A DNA stretch of 64,000 nt from an uncultured Candidatus Saccharibacteria bacterium (GCA_964350985.1 CAYGLK010000001.1:228528-292527), one strand, 5' to 3'. Positions 9,568 through 19,915 are shown, counted from the stretch's first letter. Made by a program: numbers and translations. Notes: generated by a model not told the origin, from the sequence alone.

Positions 9568-10158
9568 TTACCAAGGCAGTTCGAAATTTGAAAATTCGGG
9601 GAGAAGCTTTGTATTATTTAATAGTCTTGAAGCAACTTCGGCGTGTGAGAGCGCACCTGTCAGTGCGTTGTGTGGTTCTGGTTCGTCTGGGATACCGCAG
9701 TAGTTGAGTACTACGTCTAAGTTAAGTGCGCTGCGACGGTGTTGTGGGTCTATTGGTGGAGTCAGTCCCCTTTTAACCATATGCATCCAACAGAGAGTGT
9801 GAGTGTCTATTGTTCGATAAGCTAAATCCCAAGAGATTCCTGCTCGTTCGCAAGCGGCTCTAGCCATATCACGATCAAAAGAAATATTTTGACCTAGAAG
9901 AGTCCTGTCTTCCATATGTTGAGACCATTCTAAGAAAGACTGGATTAGCTCAGCTTCAGTCTGTTTATTGGGATCATTAATTTCTGCTTCAGTATAACCA
10001 TTTACTTCCATGGCACCATCCATAATATGTGCTCCATCCCAGATACGGCATTCGCCATAAAAACGATTTTCCGGATTAGAAAAATCTAAAGCTCCAATCG
10101 AGACAATAGAATGTTTTTCATAGTTTGTACCCGAAGCTTCTATGTCGATGACGATCAT
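9568..10158 (-). CDS. DEDDh-type 3'-5' exonuclease
   Basis: IDIEASG, GQNISFD, IDT, HNALTGA. Confidence 0.85.
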   Translation of the reverse strand: MIVIDIEASGTNYEKHSIVSIGALDFSNPENRFYGECRIWDGAHIMDGAMEVNGYTEAEINDPNKQTEAELIQSFLEWSQHMEDRTLLGQNISFDRDMARAACERAGISWDLAYRTIDTHTLCWMHMVKRGLTPPIDPQHRRSALNLDVVLNYCGIPDEPEPHNALTGALSHAEVASRLLNNTKLLPEFSNFELPW

Positions 10159-10982
10159 ATTTTTGTAAGAGAATTATTTTTTGCTAGTAGTCTTTCATTA
10201 CTCATTTTATCATAGAGGCCAGCTAAAGCCGCTCCGTAAAAAATGATGGCTGACAAAACATACACCCAGATCAATAAGACTAAGATTAATCCAGCTCCAC
10301 CGTAGAAGTTGAGTAATGGAGTACTTACTACATAAACATAGACTAGATATTTTGCAGCCATAAATAATGTAGCTGCCACTAACGCACCGATAAGACTACT
10401 TTTCAGATTGGGACTTCGTCTGTATAGAAAGCGATATAGAAAAGTGAATAATGCAGTAGTTGAGAGGAATAATAGAATTGAATAAAAAATGGAATCATCA
10501 TTCAAGTTAAAACGGCTTAAAACAACCTGAAGTCCAATGATAGTAATAAGATAGAGTTGTAGGACAAAGATAAAACCAATTGAACGTAGGCTGCGGAAGA
10601 TCCAGCTTATTATTCCTTGGTCTTCTATGCCCCACAGTCTTTGGAAGCCAGAACTAATTACATTTAAGGCTACAACAGAGATACTGGAGAAAATAATAAT
10701 ACCGATAATTGGGATAGTAAAAGAATTTGTCTGGATCGTCAGGTTGTCGACAGCTAGACCGAGGATCTTAGCTAGATCAGGACTGAGGACTTCTCCCCAG
10801 TTAAAGAATACCTGTGCTGTAAACTCTACTCCATATATTAGACCAACTAAAGTTAGCGAGATTAGGATCAGGGGAATAATCGCCAGTGGCGCGTAGTATG
10901 AAAAAGCGGCGGCGTAGTAAACCATCTCGTGATCAATCCAAAGAAGTGCGGCTTTATATAAATTATTTAGAAATCGAAACAT
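10155..10982 (-). CDS. YihY / virulence factor BrkB family membrane protein (probable start MFRFL)
   Basis: AAAFSYY..LAIIP, YGGAG..LVLLIWVY..A.I..YGA. Confidence 0.85.
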   Translation of the reverse strand: MFRFLNNLYKAALLWIDHEMVYYAAAFSYYAPLAIIPLILISLTLVGLIYGVEFTAQVFFNWGEVLSPDLAKILGLAVDNLTIQTNSFTIPIIGIIIFSSISVVALNVISSGFQRLWGIEDQGIISWIFRSLRSIGFIFVLQLYLITIIGLQVVLSRFNLNDDSIFYSILLFLSTTALFTFLYRFLYRRSPNLKSSLIGALVAATLFMAAKYLVYVYVVSTPLLNFYGGAGLILVLLIWVYVLSAIIFYGAALAGLYDKMSNERLLAKNNSLTKI

Positions 10983-10993
10983 GCCAGTACATT

Positions 10994-11362
10994 CTATTGT
11001 AAACCAGGACAATTTGCTGCTGGTTTATACCCGGCTGCTTCAGCTTCGGATATTGAGGTAAAAGTAATTTTGTTTTCCTGCTTGATTTGTTTAGCTCCAG
11101 GACAGGTGCTGAGGTGATACTTGGTGCCAGATTTTGAGGCTATCAGGAGAGCACTCTGAGTGTCTGCAGACCTGGTATCCGCTGTGTTGCTCGGCTGAGG
11201 CACTACTCTTGTTTCAGTTACTTGAACCAAAGGCTTCTCTGTTACAGTCTCAGGAGCCGCTGTTAGCCTACCAAGACCAAAGGCTATAAGCCCAACGATG
11301 ATTATAAGACAGCTGTAAAAGAATTGGTCATTCCTTATTAGGGCCTTGAGTTTTTCTGACAT
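10994..11362 (-). CDS. Membrane-anchored protein with C-terminal Ada-like metal-binding domain
   Basis: N-terminal TM helix; [14 protein letters not shown]...NKI.F....AEAAGY.PA.NC. Confidence 0.8.
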   Translation of the reverse strand: MSEKLKALIRNDQFFYSCLIIIVGLIAFGLGRLTAAPETVTEKPLVQVTETRVVPQPSNTADTRSADTQSALLIASKSGTKYHLSTCPGAKQIKQENKITFTSISEAEAAGYKPAANCPGLQ

Positions 11363-11408
11363 ATATCGTATACTCCACCAGTTATATTTCGTTTATTTAT
11401 TATATACT

Positions 11409-11690
11409 ATGGCAACCAAGAAAGCTGGCGGAACAGCTAAAAACCTCCGAGATTCACAACCTAAATATCTAGGTATCAAAAAAACTGCTGGTCAAGCGGT
11501 AAATCCAGGTAATATCATTGTTCGACAACGTGGGACAAAGATTGAAGCTGGTAAAGGCGTCTTGATTGGTAAGGACCATACTCTCTTTGCAGCTATTGCT
11601 GGTATTGTTTCTTTCCGGAACATGCGAAAGACTCGTTTCAATGGAGAAAAGGTAGTGAAGAAAGCAGTTGATGTAATCGCTGCAGCTTAA
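11409..11690 (+). CDS. rpmA: 50S ribosomal protein L27
   Basis: [38 protein letters not shown]. Confidence 0.97.
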   Translation: MATKKAGGTAKNLRDSQPKYLGIKKTAGQAVNPGNIIVRQRGTKIEAGKGVLIGKDHTLFAAIAGIVSFRNMRKTRFNGEKVVKKAVDVIAAA

Positions 11691-11706
11691 CCCAAAAAGT
11701 TTAAGC

Positions 11707-11747
11707 ACAAAAAACGCCAGGCTTTGCCTGGCGTTTTTTGTGCTCTA
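11707..11747. terminator. Bidirectional terminator; 41-bp direct repeat copy 1
   Basis: ACAAAAAACGCCAGGCTTTGCCTGGCGTTTTTTGTGCTCTA, identical to 13788-13828. Confidence 0.93.
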
Positions 11748-11752
11748 AATAA

Positions 11753-13738
11753 CTACCACCAAATTCTGTTCCCTAACGTCTTTTTCATCTCAGCTCTGGT
11801 CATTTCTCCGAAGTAGCCGGTTGCTGGAGTGATTCCATGAATTATCTGATAGTTTGATAACGCTTTAGCTGTCTCTGGACCAAAGTAACCAGTTGCTCCA
11901 GCAGGAATAGAATAGCTTAGCGAAATTAGTAGTTCTTGTAAGGCAGTGACATCAGGACCTTCATCTTCTAGGGTTAAGTCTCGGATAGGCAAAGGTACTG
12001 GAGTGAGGTCAATGCCGGTCAGGTCTCTATATCTAGCTATAATAAGAGCAAGATCTTGTCTGAGTCGATCAAGTGTAATACTAAGTGAGATCGGGGTTGC
12101 TGGAATATTAAATTTTTCTTCAAGTTCAACGGCCGCTTCGATGTTTCCGTTGTCTCTGAGATTTTTTGCTCTGCCTTTAGCTGAAGTGCCACTGCTGCCA
12201 CTTGACTCTTTAGCTTCACGAGTGACTGTTCTGGTGGTTGTCACTGTACTAGAAGCTGCGACAACTGGACTGCCATTAAAATCAACTACTGTCCCTGAGT
12301 CAGTGACACTATAGAGTAGTTCATAGACTCCTGGATCTTCTAATACTTCTCCTGTGACTTCAATATCGTCATTGAGGTTACCGTCTTTGATGTCATTTGC
12401 TGAGACTGTGCCGAAGTCAATGGTAAAGCTGTCATTAAAATCTATTTCTACATCAAGTGGAGTCACTGTGAGATTTGGGGGGTTGTCGATGAGGGTAAGT
12501 TCGTTACCACTGACATAGCCAGAAATATTTGAGTCGGTGATGAAGACATTGCCTTCGGTTCCGGAGTTTGTTGAAGCGGTAACCCCTCTAGAATAAGAGT
12601 TTGCAAAGACCGTTGAATTTATGACCGTAACGTCTCCAGAAGCACCAGAGTAACCGTATGAACTAACGTAATTACCTATTGTTGAGTTGGTTACAATAAC
12701 ATCCCCACCGTCGTTACCGTAGGTAAAAGACGAAACACCTAAGGTCACTTCTGAGTCGGTGACAGTAACATCACCAGCATCTATACCTCCTGCTGAATAT
12801 ATGTAGCCATCTACATACGAATCGTTAACAACAATAGTCCCTCCATTTCCAGAATAACCAACAGATTGTACTTGTCCTCCAATATCAGAGCCGTAGATGC
12901 TCACAGAACCTGAATTAAGTGAACCGTCTGATTCTACATAATCAGTTACGTTAGAGTCAGTGATTTCGATATCTCCAGAGTCACCACCAGTAGCTTCAGA
13001 TTGAACTAACTCAGTTACTTCAGAATCAGAAATATCGATGTCTCCGCTACTTAAAATACCAGACGCTCTTACAGAACCTGTAACAGTTGAATTATTGGAA
13101 ATGGTGATGTTGCCAGAATTGCTAGTATCTGAAACTGAAGCTATGGAACTATTAATTATTGAGTTTTCAATTACTACATTACCAGAATCATCGCTACCTA
13201 ATGATGAAACGTTGGAAACTACACTAGAAGATACACTGGAATCAATAACAGTAATATCACCAGCTGTACCAGCACTTGCTCCAACAATTGAGTATACCCC
13301 ACCTCCAATATTTGAATTTTGAATATATATCTCTCCAGCATTACTGTCATAAGAGTATGAACTAACATAAGCCCCAACTTCTGTATTTATCACCTCAATG
13401 TCTCCAGAATTTCCTGTAGCGTTATATGATTGTACAAAACCACTAATATTCACAACATCAGTGACTACTATATTATGTCCTCCAGTACTTTGAACATTTC
13501 CATTAATACTATAAAGTCCTTGTCCATCAATAGTGATATTATTGGCAGTAATAATACAGTTACCGGCAGTGGTGGTAGATAGTTGGTAGATGGTATCTGC
13601 TTGGTCTAAATCAGTACTACAGTCTGTGACAGCAGCCACAGCTTTAGGTAGTTCCCTGTTCCAGATAAGTGCGTAGACAAATATAACTATGATAGTTGAA
13701 CTACCTAATCGAAGAATAGTCTTTTTCATATTTATCAT
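11753..13738 (-). CDS. Cell-surface protein: beta-solenoid-like repeats, Ig-like module and C-terminal peptidoglycan-binding domain
   Basis: N-terminal signal/TM; ~24-aa repeats GxxGDIxIxDSxVxxxVxS; DNPPxLTV..AND..DG.L...PG.Y.L.YSVTD; RDL....EGPDV.ALQ..L...GATGYFG.ET..AL..YQ. Confidence 0.82.
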   Translation of the reverse strand: MINMKKTILRLGSSTIIVIFVYALIWNRELPKAVAAVTDCSTDLDQADTIYQLSTTTAGNCIITANNITIDGQGLYSINGNVQSTGGHNIVVTDVVNISGFVQSYNATGNSGDIEVINTEVGAYVSSYSYDSNAGEIYIQNSNIGGGVYSIVGASAGTAGDITVIDSSVSSSVVSNVSSLGSDDSGNVVIENSIINSSIASVSDTSNSGNITISNNSTVTGSVRASGILSSGDIDISDSEVTELVQSEATGGDSGDIEITDSNVTDYVESDGSLNSGSVSIYGSDIGGQVQSVGYSGNGGTIVVNDSYVDGYIYSAGGIDAGDVTVTDSEVTLGVSSFTYGNDGGDVIVTNSTIGNYVSSYGYSGASGDVTVINSTVFANSYSRGVTASTNSGTEGNVFITDSNISGYVSGNELTLIDNPPNLTVTPLDVEIDFNDSFTIDFGTVSANDIKDGNLNDDIEVTGEVLEDPGVYELLYSVTDSGTVVDFNGSPVVAASSTVTTTRTVTREAKESSGSSGTSAKGRAKNLRDNGNIEAAVELEEKFNIPATPISLSITLDRLRQDLALIIARYRDLTGIDLTPVPLPIRDLTLEDEGPDVTALQELLISLSYSIPAGATGYFGPETAKALSNYQIIHGITPATGYFGEMTRAEMKKTLGNRIWW

Positions 13739-13787
13739 TATAACTTTTTTTCTAGTTTTTCTAACAACTTTTCACCAAAATTAAAAT

Positions 13788-13828
13788 ACAAAAAACGCCA
13801 GGCTTTGCCTGGCGTTTTTTGTGCTCTA
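13788..13828. terminator. Terminator; 41-bp direct repeat copy 2
   Basis: Identical to 11707-11747. Confidence 0.93.
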
Positions 13829-13837
13829 CTTCCCTAC

Positions 13838-14563
13838 TTATTTAACAATAGTAACTGATTCCATCACTACTGGTTCAACTGGAAGGTCTCGTTCGTTTCT
13901 TTCTACTTGAGCTATCTTGTCGACCACATCCATGCCAGAAACAATCTTACCAAAAACTGGGTGTTTTGATGATAGTGGTTGCTTATCAAAGTCTAGGTTA
14001 GCGTTGTCAGCTACATTGATAAAGAATTGACTACCGCCTGAGTTTGGACCGCTGTTAGCCATTGAGATAGTACCGCGAACGTTAGTTAGGTATTCCCCGG
14101 CTACGTGTTCGTCTGGAATAGCATATCCTGGACCACCAGTTCCATAACGACCAGTATCGGCTTCTTTAGTTAACGGGTCTCCTCCTTGAATCATAAACCC
14201 TGGGATCACACGATGGAATAGTACTCCGTCGTAGTAGCCAGATTCAGCTAGTTCAATGAAGTTTCCAGCAGTTACCGGCATTGTGTCTGCAAATAGTTCT
14301 AGTTCAAATGTTCCTAGGTTTGTTTTTACCTCTGCTACTGGGTTTGATTCGTTTGTCATATTTTCTTGATAAGCTGCTAATTCGTCTATATTAAGTGGTG
14401 CAACGAAAGGTTGTTCATCTTCTTCTGTTTCGCTAGAAAGCTCATTATTTATTGCAACATCAGTTGAGGCTTTTTCAGGTCCCAACCAGACACTTAAAGC
14501 AGCTACTAGTAACCCACAGACTACTAAGTAAACAAAAATTGTTAATAGATTCTTTTTATCCAT
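13838..14563 (-). CDS. Cyclophilin-type peptidyl-prolyl isomerase, membrane-anchored
   Basis: FHRVIPGFMIQGGDP, GTISMANSGPNSGGSQFFI, HPVFG; N-terminal TM. Confidence 0.95.
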   Translation of the reverse strand: MDKKNLLTIFVYLVVCGLLVAALSVWLGPEKASTDVAINNELSSETEEDEQPFVAPLNIDELAAYQENMTNESNPVAEVKTNLGTFELELFADTMPVTAGNFIELAESGYYDGVLFHRVIPGFMIQGGDPLTKEADTGRYGTGGPGYAIPDEHVAGEYLTNVRGTISMANSGPNSGGSQFFINVADNANLDFDKQPLSSKHPVFGKIVSGMDVVDKIAQVERNERDLPVEPVVMESVTIVK

Positions 14564-14564
14564 G

Positions 14565-15005
14565 TTATTTAGCTACTACATTAGTTATTAATTCAAATTT
14601 CTTCCCCTGATACTGCAAGGTAATTTTATGCGTACCGACATCTTTTATCGGTGACTCCATTACTAAATATTCCTTATGAATATTTAAACCTACTTTTTTA
14701 CCAGCGCCCATTATATCTTCGGCGTGGACACTTTGGAAAAGATGTCCTTGTTCGTTTGCTTGCATTGGTACTACAAGCGGAGTTTCTTCAGTCTTAGTAG
14801 CAATTTCTTTTAATGTTTCCAGTACTTGAGCCTGGCTATTCTCATTGACCACATTCAAGTGGGTAATTTTCTTTAAGTTGGCTGCAGTTGCTGGTTCAGC
14901 GTCTTTCTTTGGAATCAGCTTATTTAAAGCAAATCCATCAGGTACTTCAACTATTTGGTTTCGACGACCAATTTTGGCCACGTCGCGTAACAGGATTACT
15001 TTCAT
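14565..15005 (-). CDS. rplI: 50S ribosomal protein L9
   Basis: MKVILLRDVAKIG...VEVPDGFALNKLIPK, G.LF.SV...DI, PIKDVG.H. Confidence 0.95.
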   Translation of the reverse strand: MKVILLRDVAKIGRRNQIVEVPDGFALNKLIPKKDAEPATAANLKKITHLNVVNENSQAQVLETLKEIATKTEETPLVVPMQANEQGHLFQSVHAEDIMGAGKKVGLNIHKEYLVMESPIKDVGTHKITLQYQGKKFELITNVVAK

Positions 15006-15064
15006 ATTTCTTTTAATTAAGTCTTAACAAAGGAATTTTAACAAAAGAGCAAGGTAAACACCAC

Positions 15065-16369
15065 TTACTCAGATACTACTTCTTCACCTCTAAGAAGTTT
15101 TAAAGCTGCATCTTGTTGAGGGTCTACTTCATTGATTCTGTCTTCTGGAGTTCGGCTGATCAAAATATCAGGAGTTAGACCACCATTTGAAATCGAAGTA
15201 CCGTTTGGTGTTAGCCACCTTGCGATAGTGATTTTAACTGATGAAGAGTTATCTAGTTGAACAAGCTCTTGAACAGAACCTTTACCAAAAGTGTTTACAC
15301 CGATAATAGTAGCTACATCATGTTCACCTAGTGCTCCAGCTAAAATTTCTGAGGCTGAAGCTGAACCTCCGTCAACTAATACTACTAAGTTTTCAGGTGT
15401 AAAGTCTCGCACCTTTCGTCCCTGGCTTCGGTAGAGCTTTTCTTCGTCGTTATCTCTAAAGCTTTCTCGGACAACCACCTTCCCTGTTGGTAGGAAGTAA
15501 CCAGCGATAGAAACAGCACTTTGTAGATAACCTCCTGGGTTGCCACGTAGATCAAGAATAAGAGATTTAGAATCACTTGCTAGGAATTCACGAAGAGCGT
15601 CCTGCATTTTTTCTTCTGAGATAGCGTTGAAGCTAAATAATCTAATGACAAAAGTATCACCAATTTTTTCAGTAGCTATAGTTGGAATATCAATCGTGTC
15701 TCTAGTGACTACAAGATCTTGAAATTCTAGATCTCCTTCACGATAGATAGATAGTCGTACGTCAGTCCCCTTTTCACCTCGGATGAGACGGACAGCTTCG
15801 TCTACACGCATTCCGTCTGTTGAAGTATCATCAATCTTAACAATCTTGTCTCCAGCCATCAGACCCGCTTTTTCAGCTGGGGTACCCGGTAGTGGTGCGA
15901 TCACTGTCACGATATCGTCTCGCATTCCAATCTCCATACCGACACCACTAAAGTTGCCAGAGATGTCTTCTGTAAAAGCAGCATTTTCTGCTGGTGGGAA
16001 GAAAGTTGTGTATGGGTCACCATAAGCACCAACCATGCCTTCAATAGCGCCATTTATCTTATCTTGAGGTGAAATAACTTGGGTTGAACTAGCGCTTACG
16101 AATTTTTCATCCATTAGGTTCCAGACATGCCAAAACTGCTCTAACTCAACATCCTCAGCTGCTTTAGGAGCATTGAATTTAGTAAAGAAGGAGAAGATAC
16201 TAGCTTCTTGGTTTTCGACATTGTTTAGCTTATTAACTTCTAAACCAGAAATAAATGAACCGGCGGCCAATAATAAAGCTAGGGTTATTCCTAAAAAATT
16301 ATTCTTTTTTACTTTTCTCGGTCTGTTAACAGATGTGTGTTCTGCCGCTTGTGGTTCTTGCATGAGCAT
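15065..16369 (-). CDS. S41 carboxy-terminal processing protease (CtpA-like)
   Basis: DPYT, PDZ GVGMEI, LDLRGNPGG, SASASEI, TFGKGSVQ. Confidence 0.93.
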   Translation of the reverse strand: MLMQEPQAAEHTSVNRPRKVKKNNFLGITLALLLAAGSFISGLEVNKLNNVENQEASIFSFFTKFNAPKAAEDVELEQFWHVWNLMDEKFVSASSTQVISPQDKINGAIEGMVGAYGDPYTTFFPPAENAAFTEDISGNFSGVGMEIGMRDDIVTVIAPLPGTPAEKAGLMAGDKIVKIDDTSTDGMRVDEAVRLIRGEKGTDVRLSIYREGDLEFQDLVVTRDTIDIPTIATEKIGDTFVIRLFSFNAISEEKMQDALREFLASDSKSLILDLRGNPGGYLQSAVSIAGYFLPTGKVVVRESFRDNDEEKLYRSQGRKVRDFTPENLVVLVDGGSASASEILAGALGEHDVATIIGVNTFGKGSVQELVQLDNSSSVKITIARWLTPNGTSISNGGLTPDILISRTPEDRINEVDPQQDAALKLLRGEEVVSE

Positions 16370-16450
16370 TATTATCGCACAGTCTTAAAAGATAGCCAAA
16401 AGACAATAGTGGCTTTCTGTTTTGAGTTCCCTTTGCTACACTGTCCCTAT

Positions 16451-17905
16451 ATGTTTATGGATTTATTTAAGAGTAAAAAGGAGCCTGTTAAGTTGCCGCA
16501 AATCAACCTCTACAACACTGAAAGTAGGTCAATGGAGCTGTTTAAACCAATCTCAGGCAAGGTAGTAACTATGTACTCTTGCGGACCAACTGTTTACGAC
16601 TATATCCATATTGGTAATCTCCGACCTTACGTTTTCTCTGATATTCTTAAGCGCACTTTGATGCTCCATGGTTATGAAGTAAAACACACCATTAATCTAA
16701 CTGACTTTGGTCATCTAACAGATGATGGTGATATTGGTGAAGATAAAATGATGAAGGGCTTAAAACGTGAAGGATTACCTGTCACCTTGGCAGCGATGCG
16801 CCAATTGTCTGATACGTATATCAGTGCCTTTTATGATGATATGGATTCTCTCCGAGTGATGTCTGCCACTACTTGGTCTAGAGCCAGTGATTATGTGGCC
16901 GAGCAGATTCGCTTAGTTGAGAGTTTGAGCGAAAAAGGTTTTACCTACGAAACCAGCGATGGAGTTTATTTTGATATTCAGAAGTTTCCTAAGTATGGAA
17001 GATTGGGCAATATTGATTTGGAACAACTAAAAAGTGGTGCTCGGGTTGAGGTAAACAGTGAAAAGAAACACCCAGCGGACTTTGCTGTTTGGAAAAAAGG
17101 CCTACTTGGTTGGGAAAGTCGCTGGGGTAAAGGCTTTCCTGGGTGGCATATAGAATGTTCTGCTATGGCGATGGCTACTCTAGGTAAAGAGATTGATATC
17201 CATACTGGCGGTATCGATCATATTCCAGTACATCATAACGCTGAGATCGCTCAATCTGAGTGTGCTACGGGTAAACAGTTTGTTCGCTATTGGCTTCACA
17301 ACGCTTTTATTACCATTGATGCTCAGAAGATCGGCAAGTCTCTTGGTAACTCTATTACTTTGCGTCAATTAGTCGACCGTGGCTTTTCCGGTGAAGACTA
17401 CCGCTACTGGCTTTTGACCGCTCACTATCGTTCAACCGTTAATTTTACTTGGGAAGCACTAACGGCAGCTAAACAAGCTCTCTACCGTCTGAAAAGATTT
17501 GTCTATGAAGACTACAAGCAAATAGCTGGTGAGCCTGACGCTGTTTACCAAGAAAAGTTTAGAAATTTTATTGCCGACGACTTAGATACTCCAGGAGCTT
17601 TGGCTTTGTTGTGGGAAGTTACCAAAGATGAAACTTTAGATAACAAAACCAAGTGCGCCACAATTCACTATATGGACAGCGTGCTTGAGATTGGACTTAG
17701 TGATGATGTTGATGAAGGAAAAAAGAATCTAGGAATTCTTACCAGCGAAGAGGTTCCAGAAGAGATAAAAGAGTTAGTTTCAAAACGTGAAGCTGCTAGA
17801 GTGGCTCGCAACTGGCTAGAGGCTGACCACTTCCGCGAAGCTTTGAACCTAAAGGGTTATACTGTTGAAGATACTCCACATGGTCCGAAGGTGGTGAAGG
17901 TGTAA
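16451..17905 (+). CDS. cysS: Cysteine--tRNA ligase (probable start 16451)
   Basis: MYSCGPTVY..HIGN, DFAVWK, PGWHIECSAM, DIHTGGIDH, KIGKSLGN; TGCTACACT 8 nt upstream. Confidence 0.96.
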   Translation: MFMDLFKSKKEPVKLPQINLYNTESRSMELFKPISGKVVTMYSCGPTVYDYIHIGNLRPYVFSDILKRTLMLHGYEVKHTINLTDFGHLTDDGDIGEDKMMKGLKREGLPVTLAAMRQLSDTYISAFYDDMDSLRVMSATTWSRASDYVAEQIRLVESLSEKGFTYETSDGVYFDIQKFPKYGRLGNIDLEQLKSGARVEVNSEKKHPADFAVWKKGLLGWESRWGKGFPGWHIECSAMAMATLGKEIDIHTGGIDHIPVHHNAEIAQSECATGKQFVRYWLHNAFITIDAQKIGKSLGNSITLRQLVDRGFSGEDYRYWLLTAHYRSTVNFTWEALTAAKQALYRLKRFVYEDYKQIAGEPDAVYQEKFRNFIADDLDTPGALALLWEVTKDETLDNKTKCATIHYMDSVLEIGLSDDVDEGKKNLGILTSEEVPEEIKELVSKREAARVARNWLEADHFREALNLKGYTVEDTPHGPKVVKV

Positions 17906-17969
17906 CTACCTCCCTATTTAATACTAGCCTTATTTATCAAGGAGTAATTTAAACTTGTACCACTAGGAC

Positions 17970-17998
17970 TTGACAAGAATTGTATAGTATGCAATACT
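17970..17998 (+). promoter_or_regulatory. Sigma70-like promoter facing an ORF-less region
   Basis: TTGACA-17 nt-AATACT with extended TG. Confidence 0.5.
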
Positions 17999-18004
17999 AT
18001 ATGA

Positions 18005-18436
18005 GTAACACGTTCCATTCTTTCTGTTTTGTTCTGTGTGGTTTGAGCGTTACATGTTCCTTGTTTGTCGCTGCTACAAAGTTGTTTAGAGGCGGATAGC
18101 TCTCGACAGATTTCAACCGGTATTTGGTAAAATTGTGGTCCGTGCCGGTCCGCAAACCAATCATACTGGTTTTTGATCCAGTCGTTAAAAAGATTTGTAT
18201 GTTGCTGGCGTTCGTGAAATCACGTCTGCAGCCTCTGCAAGTTGCGATTCCCTGTCTTGATTCCATGGGATTCCACTAGATTGCAGCCTTTGGTCGCAAG
18301 CTGCTAATCGAAATTTGTTTTTAAGCCGACGCTTTCAAAAACTGAAAGTAACACCTGGCAAACGCCAGTCGAGTTTGTACGATACACCCTCCGCGCACAC
18401 GAACCCCCGGTTCGGCACGCCGGGGGTTTTCTTTTT
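18005..18436 (+). ncRNA. Candidate ~430-nt non-coding transcript (unidentified)
   Basis: Promoter upstream, terminator at its end, no + strand ORF of 60 aa or more, several small hairpins. Confidence 0.35.
18401..18436 (+). terminator. Intrinsic terminator
   Basis: AACCCCCGG-TTCGGCACG-CCGGGGGTTTTCTTTTT. Confidence 0.8.
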
Positions 18437-18534
18437 GCCAAATTTTTTATTAGAACTGTTATTAATCTCTAAGTGCTGGTAAATAAAATTGACCATCAGT
18501 TGTCTGATATTTGCTCCATGATGAAGTCCATTTT

Positions 18535-19806
18535 TTAAATTGATGTTTTATACGTAAGTATATTCTGAAAACCTAGATCGTCGATAAATACGAGGACACC
18601 ACGACGAACAATTAATTCTTGTGCTGTAAGAGTATAACCACGTAACTCTCCAGTTTTTTCATCGTATTCAACAAAGGTATTAGGCTCTTTTCCCGTAACT
18701 CTCGTAATCAGGGGGTGTTCTGGGCTGATTAGATTGTAAATTTTCCTTCCATTACTGGTTTTGCCGACCACTTCTAGATCTGATTGAGGTATGTCCTTAA
18801 GAGAGATTTCTTGTCCTGAGGTATGAAAGCCTGTCGAATATTCCTTCGTGTTTTTGCTACCGTCGTTCCAGGTTATATCAGGAACAGGATAAGACTCTGC
18901 TGAGAATAGTTTTTTCGGTAGGTCTAATTCAAATGGTACTAAAAGGCCACCTACAGTCCTAACTGCATACATAAATATTGCTGTACCTTCTTCTGAAATG
19001 TTATAGCCTCGAAATAATGGTCCGAATTCAGTGTCTTCAATAAACTCAATAAATTCATAAGGTTCACGCTCTCCTTCAACATTAGGATTGAAACTTGAAT
19101 TAGCAAAAATTTCTGGATGCTCGAGTCTAAAAAATCTTGAACCAACAGTAAAGGTTGCTTGACCTAATGATATTTCATTTAATCTCAATGCATCAAAAGA
19201 TAAATTTTCATCTATAGATACACCTTCATGAAGTTTGTAAAAGTTAGTATTTTCGTCGAATTGGGAATGTGTCTTAATTAAACTAACATCACTTGTAGTC
19301 GTCCCTAGAAAAAACAAGTCCTCACCTATACACACAGATTCAGAGCAATCAGCGTTAACATAAACTATCGGTTTGTCATTGAAATTTCCGATTTGAAAAT
19401 AATAGGATATCTGATCAATATAATCGCCATCTGCGTCTATGTATTTGTTTTCAGTTATTAAACCTAAATCACCAAGAGGTACTGGATTTAAAAACCATTC
19501 AATGCCGGGTTCCCTATTTATATTTTTATAGTAAATAGAATAGTCAGTGTTATCTGGGTAAATATATCTAGTCACTTCAGTCGCAGCTGTGTCGTTGCTG
19601 TCTCTAAGTGACGATCTCCATGATTCAGAATTCTCAGTATTAATACCAGTATCTCTTGTTGTGATTACAAGAAAAGCTAAAATCGCAATAACACATACAG
19701 TTCCAACGACAACTAAAGTAGACAAAGATTTTTTTGGCTTGAAAGATGAAGCGGACTCTTCTGTTGCGGTTTCTGGAGCGTGTTGTTCTTGCATGTAATT
19801 TAACAA
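18535..19806 (-). CDS. Hypothetical membrane-anchored extracellular protein
   Basis: Single N-terminal TM, long beta-rich polar domain. Confidence 0.75.
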   Translation of the reverse strand: MLNYMQEQHAPETATEESASSFKPKKSLSTLVVVGTVCVIAILAFLVITTRDTGINTENSESWRSSLRDSNDTAATEVTRYIYPDNTDYSIYYKNINREPGIEWFLNPVPLGDLGLITENKYIDADGDYIDQISYYFQIGNFNDKPIVYVNADCSESVCIGEDLFFLGTTTSDVSLIKTHSQFDENTNFYKLHEGVSIDENLSFDALRLNEISLGQATFTVGSRFFRLEHPEIFANSSFNPNVEGEREPYEFIEFIEDTEFGPLFRGYNISEEGTAIFMYAVRTVGGLLVPFELDLPKKLFSAESYPVPDITWNDGSKNTKEYSTGFHTSGQEISLKDIPQSDLEVVGKTSNGRKIYNLISPEHPLITRVTGKEPNTFVEYDEKTGELRGYTLTAQELIVRRGVLVFIDDLGFQNILTYKTSI

Positions 19807-19886
19807 TAATTTTTAATATAGCTAATCATATATTGTAAATGGTACAAAAACCACACTGATAAAAATAGGTCACAAAAGTTTAAAAC

Positions 19887-19915
19887 TTGACTAACTCTAA
19901 TTTTAATAGTAAAGT
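19887..19915 (+). promoter_or_regulatory. Sigma70-like promoter
   Basis: TTGACT-17 nt-TAAAGT. Confidence 0.6.

Noticed and set aside
16337-16450. N-terminal extensions in the ORF track (cysS; likewise rpmA, yqeY, tesA, the ABC ATPase, MGMT and mltG)
   Set aside because: They overlap neighbouring genes or promoters. The downstream ATGs match family N-termini and often follow a -10 box.
17997-18266. 89-aa minus-strand ORF
   Set aside because: The promoter and terminator are oriented on the + strand, and the ORF has no expression signals or motif.
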